From Deltaproteobacteria bacterium (GTDB lineage: Bacteria > Myxococcota > Kuafuiibacteriia > Kuafuiibacteriales > Kuafuiibacteriaceae): DNA of 64,000 nucleotides. Shown here piece after piece: positions 1 through 8,645 of this stretch (within the stretch, counting starts at the first letter, position 1; every line of letters begins with the position of its first letter). Under the pieces are notes generated by a model that was given only the letters and a program-made list of their open reading frames with translations, had not been told where the DNA came from and made no database searches. The position numbers were made by a program, and so were the translations under genes. The stretch spans positions 372,677-436,676 of the forward strand of contig JACKEN010000003.1 in NCBI GenBank assembly GCA_020632995.1, read 5' to 3'.

Positions 1-358
1 CCGTCACATCGGCGTGAAAAAGCACCGCACGGGGTCCACCGTACCCCATCGGGGGGGGGCCACCCGGCCCAAGCGCAGGTTGACTTGCTCGGGCGGAATA
101 CACCCGCGCGCGGGGCAGGCCACCGCCGCCACCACTTGTTCGGAAGTGGAGGCTCGGAACCAACCCCTGTGGCAGACGCTGGCCCTGCGGCGAGGTCCTG
201 TGCGACGGCGAGCTGGTGTGCCTGCCCGACACCGCGCGGTCGACGCTCCCCTGCCGCGGGCGCGGGCGGGGTCAGGTGCAGCTCCGCCCCGATCCGCCGG
301 ACCCAGAACTCCGTGCCAGTGTTCAGCGAATCAAGCCCGAGGCGCCGGATGTCTCGCG

Positions 359-1612
359 TCACCGCTCGAAGGGCGTCAGGTGCACCAGGATCCGCCGCTC
401 GGGCTTGAAGGCGTCCCGCGCCGCCCGCTGCAGCGCGGCCGGGCTCGGGCGGGACGGGTGCAACAGAGCCTGCAGGGTCGCGGTGCGCTCTGGCCCCGAG
501 CGGAGCAGCGCGGGGTGGAGGCGATTGGCGAGCGCGCCCGGATCGGCCCACGCCGCCCGCAGCTGGGCATCCTCACGTCGGCGGATCAGCGCGACCTCCT
601 TGCCGCTCGTCGGCGTCGACGCCGCGCTCGCGAAGGTCTCCTCCACCAGATCCGGCAGCACCGCCCCTTGGAAGGAGCCGCTGATCGTCGTCGCCAGCAG
701 CAGCCGATGACCGCGCAGGCTCGTGCACCTCACGCTCACCTGCGACGCCAGGGCGTCCTCGGCGATGATCTCGGACGTCAGCCTCAGCTCGAGGAGCCGG
801 GACAGGGCCTCGCAGGACGGCGCGTCCAGCTCGGGCACGTGGTACCCGAAGATCACCCCGGTCAGGGGGCCTGGCACGCTCTGGCTCACCGGGACGTTCA
901 GGTCCATCGCCGCCAGCTGCGGAGCCTCGACGTCGGGCTGGGGCGGCCAGTGGACGTGCTCGGACAGCAGCAACTCGACCTGCGCCTTGCTCACGTCCCC
1001 CACCACCATGAACGTGGTGTTGTTCGGCACGTAGTGCTGCGCGTAGAACTCGGTCAGATCCCGAAACGTCAGCTGCCACCTCGTGTTCGTGCTGCCGATG
1101 ACCGGCGGACCTCCGCGGTTGCCCGGAAACAGCACCAGGTCGGCGAGCCAGTGCAGGCCCCGGGCCGAGAACATCTGCGCCTCCACGTCGACGACCCCCA
1201 GCTCCTTGTCGAGGGTGGACAAGGTGACCGCGGGGTTGGTGACCGCGTCGAGGTAGCGCCCCGCCAGGGCGAGCCACGCCCCCTTGGGGGCCTCGAGCTG
1301 ATACTGGGTGTCATCGGGGCTCGTGAAGGCGTTGTAGGTCGCGCCCTCGACCTCGATGAGATCCTGCAGGTCATCGCCGCCGAGGTCGTAGGTGCCGTGG
1401 AAGATGAGGTGCTCCAGCACGTGGGCGAGCCCGTTGCGCTTCCACGGGTCCTGGGCCGCCCCCGAGCGCACGACCACACGTAGCGCAACACGAGTTGCGC
1501 CGGGTACCTGGACGAGCACCACGTCGAGCCCGTCCGCGGTGTCGAACTGCTCGGCCTGGAGGCTGGGCGCCGCGGCGGCGAGGGTCATGAGGAGCGCCGA
1601 TCCGATGATCAT
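359..1612 (-). CDS. M16-family zinc peptidase (pitrilysin/insulinase-like), probable active subunit, secreted
   Basis: Inverzincin HxxEH motif HVLEH near the N-terminus; signal-peptide-like MIIGSALLMTLAAAA at the trimmed start; start ATG overlaps the upstream stop by 4 bp (ATGA). Upstream part of the 359..1675 ORF rejected as run-on. Confidence 0.8.
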   Translation of the reverse strand: MIIGSALLMTLAAAAPSLQAEQFDTADGLDVVLVQVPGATRVALRVVVRSGAAQDPWKRNGLAHVLEHLIFHGTYDLGGDDLQDLIEVEGATYNAFTSPDDTQYQLEAPKGAWLALAGRYLDAVTNPAVTLSTLDKELGVVDVEAQMFSARGLHWLADLVLFPGNRGGPPVIGSTNTRWQLTFRDLTEFYAQHYVPNNTTFMVVGDVSKAQVELLLSEHVHWPPQPDVEAPQLAAMDLNVPVSQSVPGPLTGVIFGYHVPELDAPSCEALSRLLELRLTSEIIAEDALASQVSVRCTSLRGHRLLLATTISGSFQGAVLPDLVEETFASAASTPTSGKEVALIRRREDAQLRAAWADPGALANRLHPALLRSGPERTATLQALLHPSRPSPAALQRAARDAFKPERRILVHLTPFER

Positions 1613-2871
1613 CTCTTCGGCCTCCCCTCGGTCGGGGACAGGACCACGTGCGCGACCCGCTCCGACGACGCCCACGGCGCGATCTGGGCCCGAAACTCCG
1701 CGAAGGTCATGGCGCGCGCCGCCGCGACGACGGCGGGATCGAACCAGGGCACCTGGCCCTTGCCCATCGCCAGCTCGGTCGCGAGCGCAATCGGTGTTGC
1801 GTCGACACGCTCGACGTCGTGCAGCAGGATCCGCTGGTAGCGCTCGAATGCCTGCTCGTCGAACGCATCCCCGGCGCCCACCTCACCGATGAGGCGGTTC
1901 AGCTCCCGCTCGATGGGGAACGACGGGTCGCCGTACGTCGGCACGGTGATCAGCAGGAACTGCAGCCACGGGCGCCGCAGGACCGAGACTTCGGTGGCGT
2001 AGCTGACCCCCGCGGCGCGGAAGCGCCGCTGCACGCGGGCGCGCAGCACTACCCCGAGCATCCGCATCGCCGCCGCCTGCTCAGGCGTGCCGAGGGGGGC
2101 CGGCAGCCCGACCAGCCGGACCTCGAAGCGCGCCGACATCCGGTGCACCCCGGCGACGGTGGTCCGGCGCTCCGCCTCCGGTCGACGGGCCCCGCCTCGG
2201 AACGAGCGCACGACCTTGCTCAGGCGCGGGCTGGAGAATCCGCCGGCCAGGACCACGGTGGCGTTGGCGGGGCGGAAGTGCTTCGCGATGTGGGCCTGCA
2301 CCTGGCCGAAGGTCAGGTTGGACATGATGGTGTGGTCGCCGTCGGGGCTCTCCGCGAAGCCGTAGTCGGCCATCGCGGCCTGGCTGAACAGGGCCGCCTC
2401 GTCGATCCCTGTGGACCCGAGGTCCTGGTGGTACATGCGCCGGACCGCCTCCTTGAACGCGCCCCGGTCGAGGTCGGGAGACAGGATCTGCCGGAGCAGG
2501 CGCTCCGCGAGGTCGTCGAACGCGCCCCGCGCGCCCTCGACCACGAAGCGGCAGCTGAGCTGGCCGGTGGTGACCTCGACGGTGGCGTCGGCCCCGTAGA
2601 CCAACTCGGTCCGGCGGGCCGAGGACATCCGCCGGCTCGCCTCGAGCAGGACGTATTGCGAAAGGTGGGTGATGCCGGAGCTCACCCCGTCGTCGACGCC
2701 GCCCACCCCGAACTCGATGATCATCGCGGCGCGCTCGACGTCCCGCGGCGCGACGACCAACAGCGGTCGCGCGTCGGTGGGCGGCAAGACCACTTGCTGC
2801 GCCAGGGTCGGGGCCTCGCCGGGGAGCCCCGCGATGGCGCCGTAGGTCGCCCACAGCAGCAGGGAGTTCAT
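1609..2871 (-). CDS. M16-family peptidase-like protein, probable non-catalytic partner subunit
   Basis: Same two-domain M16 architecture but HxxEH degenerate (HLSQY); signal-like MNSLLLWATYGAIAG at the internal ATG; ATGA overlaps with both neighbours. Confidence 0.7.
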   Translation of the reverse strand: MNSLLLWATYGAIAGLPGEAPTLAQQVVLPPTDARPLLVVAPRDVERAAMIIEFGVGGVDDGVSSGITHLSQYVLLEASRRMSSARRTELVYGADATVEVTTGQLSCRFVVEGARGAFDDLAERLLRQILSPDLDRGAFKEAVRRMYHQDLGSTGIDEAALFSQAAMADYGFAESPDGDHTIMSNLTFGQVQAHIAKHFRPANATVVLAGGFSSPRLSKVVRSFRGGARRPEAERRTTVAGVHRMSARFEVRLVGLPAPLGTPEQAAAMRMLGVVLRARVQRRFRAAGVSYATEVSVLRRPWLQFLLITVPTYGDPSFPIERELNRLIGEVGAGDAFDEQAFERYQRILLHDVERVDATPIALATELAMGKGQVPWFDPAVVAAARAMTFAEFRAQIAPWASSERVAHVVLSPTEGRPKR

Positions 2872-3659
2872 CGTCGCCTCCGCGCCTGGATGCTCCGGAT
2901 CAGGTCGGGGGAGGCCCGAAGCGCGTGTGGCCCCGGCCCGCCCTCGACCGCGAAGCCCATCCGCTCGATCCGGGACCGCGTCGCGACGTACAGCGGGGGC
3001 TGCTCGCTCTGCCCGGCCCGGAAGAGGTGATCGAGGCGGTTCTCCCACCAGCTGGGGGTCTGACCGCCGAAGATCATGTCCCGCACCGGGCCCTGCTGAT
3101 CCTCGTTGGGCGGCGCGGGGGCCGGAGCCGGGGCCGGGGCCGGGGCGAGCTCGGGCGGCGGTGCCACCGGGGCCGCCTCGGTGAGGACGACCGATGCCGG
3201 CTCGGCCTCGCCCGGCAAGGTCGATTGCAGGAGCGGGGACGGCGCGCGGTAGCTGTGGTACGCGAGCGCCCCGGCCACCCCTACCCCGACCACGAGCAAC
3301 GCGAGGACTACCGGGGCCCGCCTCGGGCGCCGGCCCACGCGCGGCGCCGCGCTGACCCTCGGGCGCTGGGCGACGGGCCGCGGCGGGGGCGGCGCGGCAA
3401 CGCTGGGCGCGATCAGGTCGTCGGTGAAGACGACCGGCGGCGCGGGGGGCGGCACCTCCAACAGCAGCGCGTCATCGGGCAACCGAGGCAGGTCTTCGCT
3501 CGGCAGCTCGAGGAACTCGTCCTCGGCCGCGAACGTCTCGCCGCAGCCGGGACAGACCCGGTGCGGCTCGGGATCAGCCCTCGCCTCCAAGACAGACTCA
3601 GGCCCGCACGTCGGACACCATGGACCGTCGTAGATGGGGGTGCCACGGCCGAGACCCAT
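2868..3659 (-). CDS. Zinc-ribbon (CxxC..CxxC), proline-rich single-pass membrane protein
   Basis: WCPTCG...VCPGCG double CxxC at the N-terminus; central hydrophobic helix VVLALLVVGVGVAGALAY; APAPAPAPAP low complexity; stop overlaps downstream M16 start. Confidence 0.55.
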   Translation of the reverse strand: MGLGRGTPIYDGPWCPTCGPESVLEARADPEPHRVCPGCGETFAAEDEFLELPSEDLPRLPDDALLLEVPPPAPPVVFTDDLIAPSVAAPPPPRPVAQRPRVSAAPRVGRRPRRAPVVLALLVVGVGVAGALAYHSYRAPSPLLQSTLPGEAEPASVVLTEAAPVAPPPELAPAPAPAPAPAPPNEDQQGPVRDMIFGGQTPSWWENRLDHLFRAGQSEQPPLYVATRSRIERMGFAVEGGPGPHALRASPDLIRSIQARRRR

Positions 3660-3756
3660 GCCCCGGAGCCTAGGCAGACCGCCCTCGATCTCGCCATTGC
3701 TGAAAGTCCGACCTGTCCCTAGGGTCAGGATCCGTGGCGCATGGCGAGACTCCAGC

Positions 3757-6700
3757 TCAGCTCGGCGAGAACCGCGCGCGCACCGCGTACATCGCGGCGG
3801 CGAGGAGGAGCGCGGCGAACATCAGGAGCGGCACGTGCAGCGCCGCGCACCACAACCCGAGGGCGAGGACCAGGATCAGCACCATGAGGAGCCCGATGAG
3901 CGCCAGGTAGAGTCTGCGGAGGCAGATCCCGACGACCACCAGGAACAGGGCCGCGACGGTCCATAGGCAGAGGTGCTCGAGCAGCCAGCCCACGCCCCGC
4001 GGTGGCGTCTTGCACGCCGGCTCGTCGCCGGGGCCCCACGGCGTCGGATCGGAGCCATCGGGCACGCCGTCTCCGTCGCTGTCGGTGTCCACGACGTTGT
4101 CCTGGCCGTCCCCGTCGATGTCGCCGTCGGGCTCGAGGCCGTCGGGGATCCCGTCGTCGTCGCTGTCCGGGTCCAGCTGGTTCGGGACGCCGTCGTGGTC
4201 GGCGTCGCCCTGCACCTCGTGGTCGTCGGGCCGCCCGTCCCCGTCTTGGTCGCCCGTGGGGGGCCACGGGACGGTGAGGCTCCCGGTCGCCGTCGTGGCC
4301 GGACCCTGGCAGCCCTGGGGTGGGAAGTAGGCGGCCACGCCCCACGTACCGCCCTCCACGGTGGCGTAGCTGTCCTCGTAGCACCCGAACGCGTCGGTGG
4401 TGACCTCGTGATAGACAGGGTTCCCCGCGGGGTCCGTGTACTTCAGGATCACCGTCTGGTTCGGCAGCGGCGGGTCGGTGCAGCCGGCGGCGTGCAGCCT
4501 CGCGCAGCGCTTCGTCGAAGCCGCGGAGGCCTCGACGTTCAGGCCCGACTTGCGCTCGTCGCAGCGCGACAGGTCGGGCTTCACGTCAAGCTGCGTGTTG
4601 TGGCGGAGGTCGACGTCCACGGTGGCCCCGCCCACGCGGATGAGGGTGTCACCGCGCGGCCGCCACGCGGTCACGAACATCCGATGGTCCGTGCAGTTCG
4701 GGGCGTCGACGGGCGGCCGGACGTCGAGCGCGCCGACGACGGAGGCACCGGGCAGCAGGAGCCGCTTCGGGGGCGTGAGCACGCGATCCCAGGTCCCCGG
4801 GACGTCCTCGGCGCGGAAGTACACGAGCTTCGGCGTCGACTCCGTGTTCTCCAGCTGGAAGTCGAAGTGGACGGGCTGGTAAGGGCTGTGGCTCGTCGAA
4901 TACTCGACCTGCAAGTTCTGTTGCGCATCATCGTCCGAGGCGTTGCTGTTCTTGAACAGCCGCCGGATCTCCACCCGCACGCAGCTGTGCGGATCGTCGG
5001 CGCTCAGCGGCCTCCAGACCGCGTAGACGTCGGCGTGGGCGCCGGGGTCCAGCTTGGGGATCAGCACGATCTTGTGCAGGTCGAATTGCCCATCGGTCCC
5101 CACCGTGTGGTACGGATCCGAGAGCAGGAAGTGCACCTCGAAGTCGTAGGCGGTGCCCGGGCCGTCGTTGTAGATGCGGGCGTAGATCCGATTGTCCTGC
5201 CCCCCGAGCGGCCTCTCCCCTGACGGTCCGGTCGGTTGCCCCAGGTCCGCGGCGTAGCCGCCGCCGTCACGCTGGTTGTCGACCCAGATGTCGGGGCTCT
5301 CCCACTCGTGGGCCCCGCGGCGGATGCGCACGTTGTAGTCGTCGAAGGGCGGCGCCCAGTCGATCTCGATCGAGTACCCGTTCGCGGCCGGCAGCTCGGA
5401 GACCACGCGCATGGTGATGCCGGTGCCCGCCGGCGCGTCGGTGTCCCCCACCCCGAAGGCCGCGTCGTCGACGGTGTCGGTGCCGGGGGCGTGGTCGCGC
5501 AGCAGGACCGGGGCCTGCCCCTGCGGGATCAGCCGGTTCGCGGTGTACGCGAGCACCCCGCGCATCGGGACCACCGCGTCGTAGTCGCCCAGGTTCGGGC
5601 TGCGCGCCTCGACCCAGTAGAACTGCGTCTCGTCGGTGAGCGCGGTGACCCCGGGGGTGAGGCCGAGCGCGATGCCGACCGTCTCCCCCGCGAGCGCGCT
5701 GCTGTTGAAGACCAGCGGCATCGGTGCGCCGTTGATGGGGGCGGTCGGCGCGGGGCGCGGGATGTAAGTGATCTTGCGGTTGGCGCCGGTGACCCAGGTG
5801 GCGAGCTCCTTCGACCAGGTCAGGGGGTGCGCCCCGGTCTCCGGTCTCGCCATGTCGTCCCAGCCGTCGACCACGTGCGGCTTGGGGAAGGTGACATTCT
5901 CGTGGATGTAGAGGTCCTCGAGACCCACCTGATGCGCGAAGCCGTGGGCGAACACGGGCAGCGGGTTGTTCGGGCCCTGGATCGACACCGACAGGAACCG
6001 GATCCCGGTCGGGGTGGTGTACGGCCACAGGCCGGTCGTGGCGTAGTCCCGGTCGAAGGCGGAGTCGTTGAGCACCAGGATGACCCGGTCGATGTCGTCG
6101 CCGGGGGCCGCGGTGGGGCCGTCGAGCACCGCAGGTTCACTTGCGATCGCGAGGCCGAGCGCCTCCTCGGCGAGCTCGACCGCGGGGTGGAGCTCCGCCG
6201 CCTCGTAGAACGCGAGGGGGTGCGCCAGGGTGACCGGCCCGCGATACAGCGGGTCGATGCTCGTGGCCCCGTAGCTCGCCTCGCTCACCCACGCCGAGAG
6301 CTCGTCGATGCGCGCGCTCACCGTGCCGGGATCGGCGTCGCCGGCGACGTCGGGGAGGTTTACGCGGAGCACGAGGGTGTCCTGATCGCCGATCGGGGTG
6401 GGGCCCTGGCTCACCCTCACCGTGCGCAGCGCGAGGTTGTTGTTGAGGCGGATCTGGTCCGTGCCCGTCCCGGTCTCCGTCGGATCGAAGGCCGCCACCA
6501 CCCGCGCCAACAGGGCCATGTCCTCGCTGATCGCGGCGGGTGAGGCCGGCGCGGGGGGCTCCCACAGCAGCGGTCCGAGGACGACGTAGGCGCCCGGGCC
6601 CAGCTCCGGGACGCTGAGGGTGTTGCTCGCCGCCCCCTTCGCGAATGCGGCGTCGACCGCGAACAGGCCGCTCGACTTCCAGTCGTCGGGGAACAGCAAG

Positions 6701-7932
6701 GGGCTGCCGTGGTGGGCCCAGAAGATCCGCAGCTGCGCGCTCGGCGCGACGAGGGTGCCCCGGTTCGCGACGCCGGCGTAGACGTACACCGCGTGTCCGG
6801 CGGTCACGCTCTGGAACGCGTAGGCCTCCAGACCCGAGGTCGCCGCGGCGCTCACGTCGACGTCGTGATCGTGCCGCACCAGCAGGTCTGGTGACGCGAG
6901 CGCGAAGGCGGCGTTCGAGGGCTGCACGCCGGGGTCCGTCAGGTAGTCCCGCGCGAACAGGTCGAAGGGCGGCGGGTCGAGCGGGCCGCGGAACGCCACC
7001 ACCCGCTTCGCCTGCGAGTCGACGACGTAGACGTGCCCGCCTCGCAAGGTGACCTTCTCCGGCCGCATCATCAGCGGCGCGACGGCCAGGTTCTGGGCGT
7101 GCGCGCCGGTGCTCTTCAGGATCTCGATGCGGTGGTTGTCGGTGTCCGCGACGTACATGCGGCCGTCGGGGCCGAGGGCCACGTCGCGCGGGAAGCGAAA
7201 GGCTCCGTTCTGGGCGCCGAAGAACCCGAAGCTCACCGAGGGTCCGGTGGTCGGGTAGCGGACGATACGGTGGTGATCGGTGTCGGCGACCACGATCGTG
7301 CCGTCCGCGCCGACGTCCAGGCCGTAGGGGTTGAGGAGCGTCGCGTCGGTGCGCTCCACGCTCCACGCGGTGTCGTTCGGCCCGTCCGCGACGAGGATGC
7401 GGCGGTTGCCGGAGTCGAGCAGATGGATCTTGCCGTCCGCGCCGATCGCGATGTCGCGGGGCAGGGCGTTGGGCACGCCGTCGACGGTGGAGGCGTTCGT
7501 GCCGCAGAACGTCGGGTCGTAGGTGTACGTGCCGGCGACCGCGTCGTAGCGGAACAGGCGCACGTCGCCGGCGAAGGTGTCCACGACGTAGACGTTGCCG
7601 CCGCCGTCGACGGCGATCGCCTGGGGTTCGTGCAGGGAGGCGGCGTCGCCGATCGAGGGCGTGGCGCCGTGGGCGACCCACTTGGTCGGGTCGCCCAGGT
7701 CCGCGAGCGGCCGGACCAGGAAGCGGTGCGCGCCCGCGTCGCTGACGAAGAGCCGAGCCTCGCCGGCGTCCACGGCGACCCCCATCGGGAGCGTGAGCGT
7801 CCCCGCGATCACCTGCGGGGGTCCGAACTCCAGGCTGTCCGCGCGGGCCGGGGTCGCGCACACCACGACCCCCACGGCGGTGAAGGACAACGCGAGTGGA
7901 GACCAATGGGGCGCGTGCGTCATGGCGTTCAC
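3757..7932 (-). CDS. Giant secreted/membrane-anchored protein: six NHL repeats (beta-propeller), M6-like zincin-like region with degenerate HGFAH motif, C-terminal TSP3 Asp-rich calcium-binding repeats, C-terminal TM helices
   Basis: Signal peptide; six repeats of the YVxDxxNHRIxxF NHL type; VFAHGFAHQVGLEDLY around aa 660-675; DxDxDGxxD repeats near the C-terminus, followed by about 80 hydrophobic residues; coding-like codon bias; ATG overlaps upstream stop (ATGA). Confidence 0.8.
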   Translation of the reverse strand: MNAMTHAPHWSPLALSFTAVGVVVCATPARADSLEFGPPQVIAGTLTLPMGVAVDAGEARLFVSDAGAHRFLVRPLADLGDPTKWVAHGATPSIGDAASLHEPQAIAVDGGGNVYVVDTFAGDVRLFRYDAVAGTYTYDPTFCGTNASTVDGVPNALPRDIAIGADGKIHLLDSGNRRILVADGPNDTAWSVERTDATLLNPYGLDVGADGTIVVADTDHHRIVRYPTTGPSVSFGFFGAQNGAFRFPRDVALGPDGRMYVADTDNHRIEILKSTGAHAQNLAVAPLMMRPEKVTLRGGHVYVVDSQAKRVVAFRGPLDPPPFDLFARDYLTDPGVQPSNAAFALASPDLLVRHDHDVDVSAAATSGLEAYAFQSVTAGHAVYVYAGVANRGTLVAPSAQLRIFWAHHGSPLLFPDDWKSSGLFAVDAAFAKGAASNTLSVPELGPGAYVVLGPLLWEPPAPASPAAISEDMALLARVVAAFDPTETGTGTDQIRLNNNLALRTVRVSQGPTPIGDQDTLVLRVNLPDVAGDADPGTVSARIDELSAWVSEASYGATSIDPLYRGPVTLAHPLAFYEAAELHPAVELAEEALGLAIASEPAVLDGPTAAPGDDIDRVILVLNDSAFDRDYATTGLWPYTTPTGIRFLSVSIQGPNNPLPVFAHGFAHQVGLEDLYIHENVTFPKPHVVDGWDDMARPETGAHPLTWSKELATWVTGANRKITYIPRPAPTAPINGAPMPLVFNSSALAGETVGIALGLTPGVTALTDETQFYWVEARSPNLGDYDAVVPMRGVLAYTANRLIPQGQAPVLLRDHAPGTDTVDDAAFGVGDTDAPAGTGITMRVVSELPAANGYSIEIDWAPPFDDYNVRIRRGAHEWESPDIWVDNQRDGGGYAADLGQPTGPSGERPLGGQDNRIYARIYNDGPGTAYDFEVHFLLSDPYHTVGTDGQFDLHKIVLIPKLDPGAHADVYAVWRPLSADDPHSCVRVEIRRLFKNSNASDDDAQQNLQVEYSTSHSPYQPVHFDFQLENTESTPKLVYFRAEDVPGTWDRVLTPPKRLLLPGASVVGALDVRPPVDAPNCTDHRMFVTAWRPRGDTLIRVGGATVDVDLRHNTQLDVKPDLSRCDERKSGLNVEASAASTKRCARLHAAGCTDPPLPNQTVILKYTDPAGNPVYHEVTTDAFGCYEDSYATVEGGTWGVAAYFPPQGCQGPATTATGSLTVPWPPTGDQDGDGRPDDHEVQGDADHDGVPNQLDPDSDDDGIPDGLEPDGDIDGDGQDNVVDTDSDGDGVPDGSDPTPWGPGDEPACKTPPRGVGWLLEHLCLWTVAALFLVVVGICLRRLYLALIGLLMVLILVLALGLWCAALHVPLLMFAALLLAAAMYAVRARFSPS

Positions 7933-8645
7933 TCGAGGAGGTTGTCTGCGAACAAGAGCGTGCCGCCCTCGTCGTAGACGAGCCGGAGGTGACTACGCTC
8001 CGACTCGGGGAGGCCCGCCGCCGGACCCTTGCCAGGGACGGGCCTCGTGCCTCGCAGGTTGATCACCCAGACCGGCGCGGGGGCGCCGCCGCGCGTCGCC
8101 ATCATCACCCGCTTGATGCGGACCTCGTGGGCGTGCTCGAGGTCCGCGAACCCTTGCTGCGCGGCGCGCGCGAGCAGCTCGGGGACGCCGAGCTTGGGGG
8201 GCGCCGCCACCAACCCCACGTAGCGGCTGTCGGTGGCGGCCATCCTCGCCTCGAGGGCGGCCCGATCCGGGATCGGAGGCTCGAGCGTCGCCGCGCCGTC
8301 GCTGGGCACCGACTGCCACGCCACGAGGGCGCCGCTCGCGGGGTCGAGGGTCACCTCGAAGCCGGACAGGTTGCGGTTCTTCGGCAGCACCGCCTCGCTC
8401 TTGCCGGTCAGGCGCCAGACCTCGGACGGCACCGCGACGAACGGGATCCGGGCAAGGCCCGGTCCCGGCGCGGCGCGGGCCGCGGCGGGCGAGGCGGTCA
8501 CCCGGAGCACGTCCTTGACGTGGCGCGCGGCGTCCTCCGCGGTCTTCAGCGGCCGCGGGCCGTGGGGGCCGTCCTGACCGCCCGCGGGGGGGCACGCGAC
8601 GAGGCACGCGAGGAGCGCGAGCGGCGACGGGTTCCACTTCATCAT
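7929..8645 (-). CDS. Small secreted lipoprotein (about 238 aa), unknown function
   Basis: Internal start MMKWNPSPLALLACLVACPP (lipobox-like); the preceding 180 codons of ORF 7929..9194 are the run-on frame across the upstream gene end; start ATG overlaps the upstream stop and the stop overlaps the downstream ATG. Confidence 0.6.
   Translation of the reverse strand: MMKWNPSPLALLACLVACPPAGGQDGPHGPRPLKTAEDAARHVKDVLRVTASPAAARAAPGPGLARIPFVAVPSEVWRLTGKSEAVLPKNRNLSGFEVTLDPASGALVAWQSVPSDGAATLEPPIPDRAALEARMAATDSRYVGLVAAPPKLGVPELLARAAQQGFADLEHAHEVRIKRVMMATRGGAPAPVWVINLRGTRPVPGKGPAAGLPESERSHLRLVYDEGGTLLFADNLLE

Noticed and set aside
14-1483. 489-aa plus-strand ORF (and nested 85-408, 216-710 ORFs)
   Set aside because: Antisense to the M16 peptidase gene. 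Arg/Ala/Gly-rich low-complexity translation typical of high-GC shadow frames, with no motifs.
1648-3030. 460-aa plus-strand ORF
   Set aside because: Antisense shadow of the second M16 gene. Arg/Gly/Asp-rich composition and no domain.
3973-7977. Multiple long plus-strand ORFs (3973-5223, 5236-6543, 7033-7977) and minus out-of-frame ORFs (6137-7906, 5267-6028)
   Set aside because: All lie inside the 3757-7932 NHL giant gene on the opposite strand or in a shifted frame. Extreme Arg/Gly/Pro content. The in-frame minus ORF shows coherent domain structure instead.
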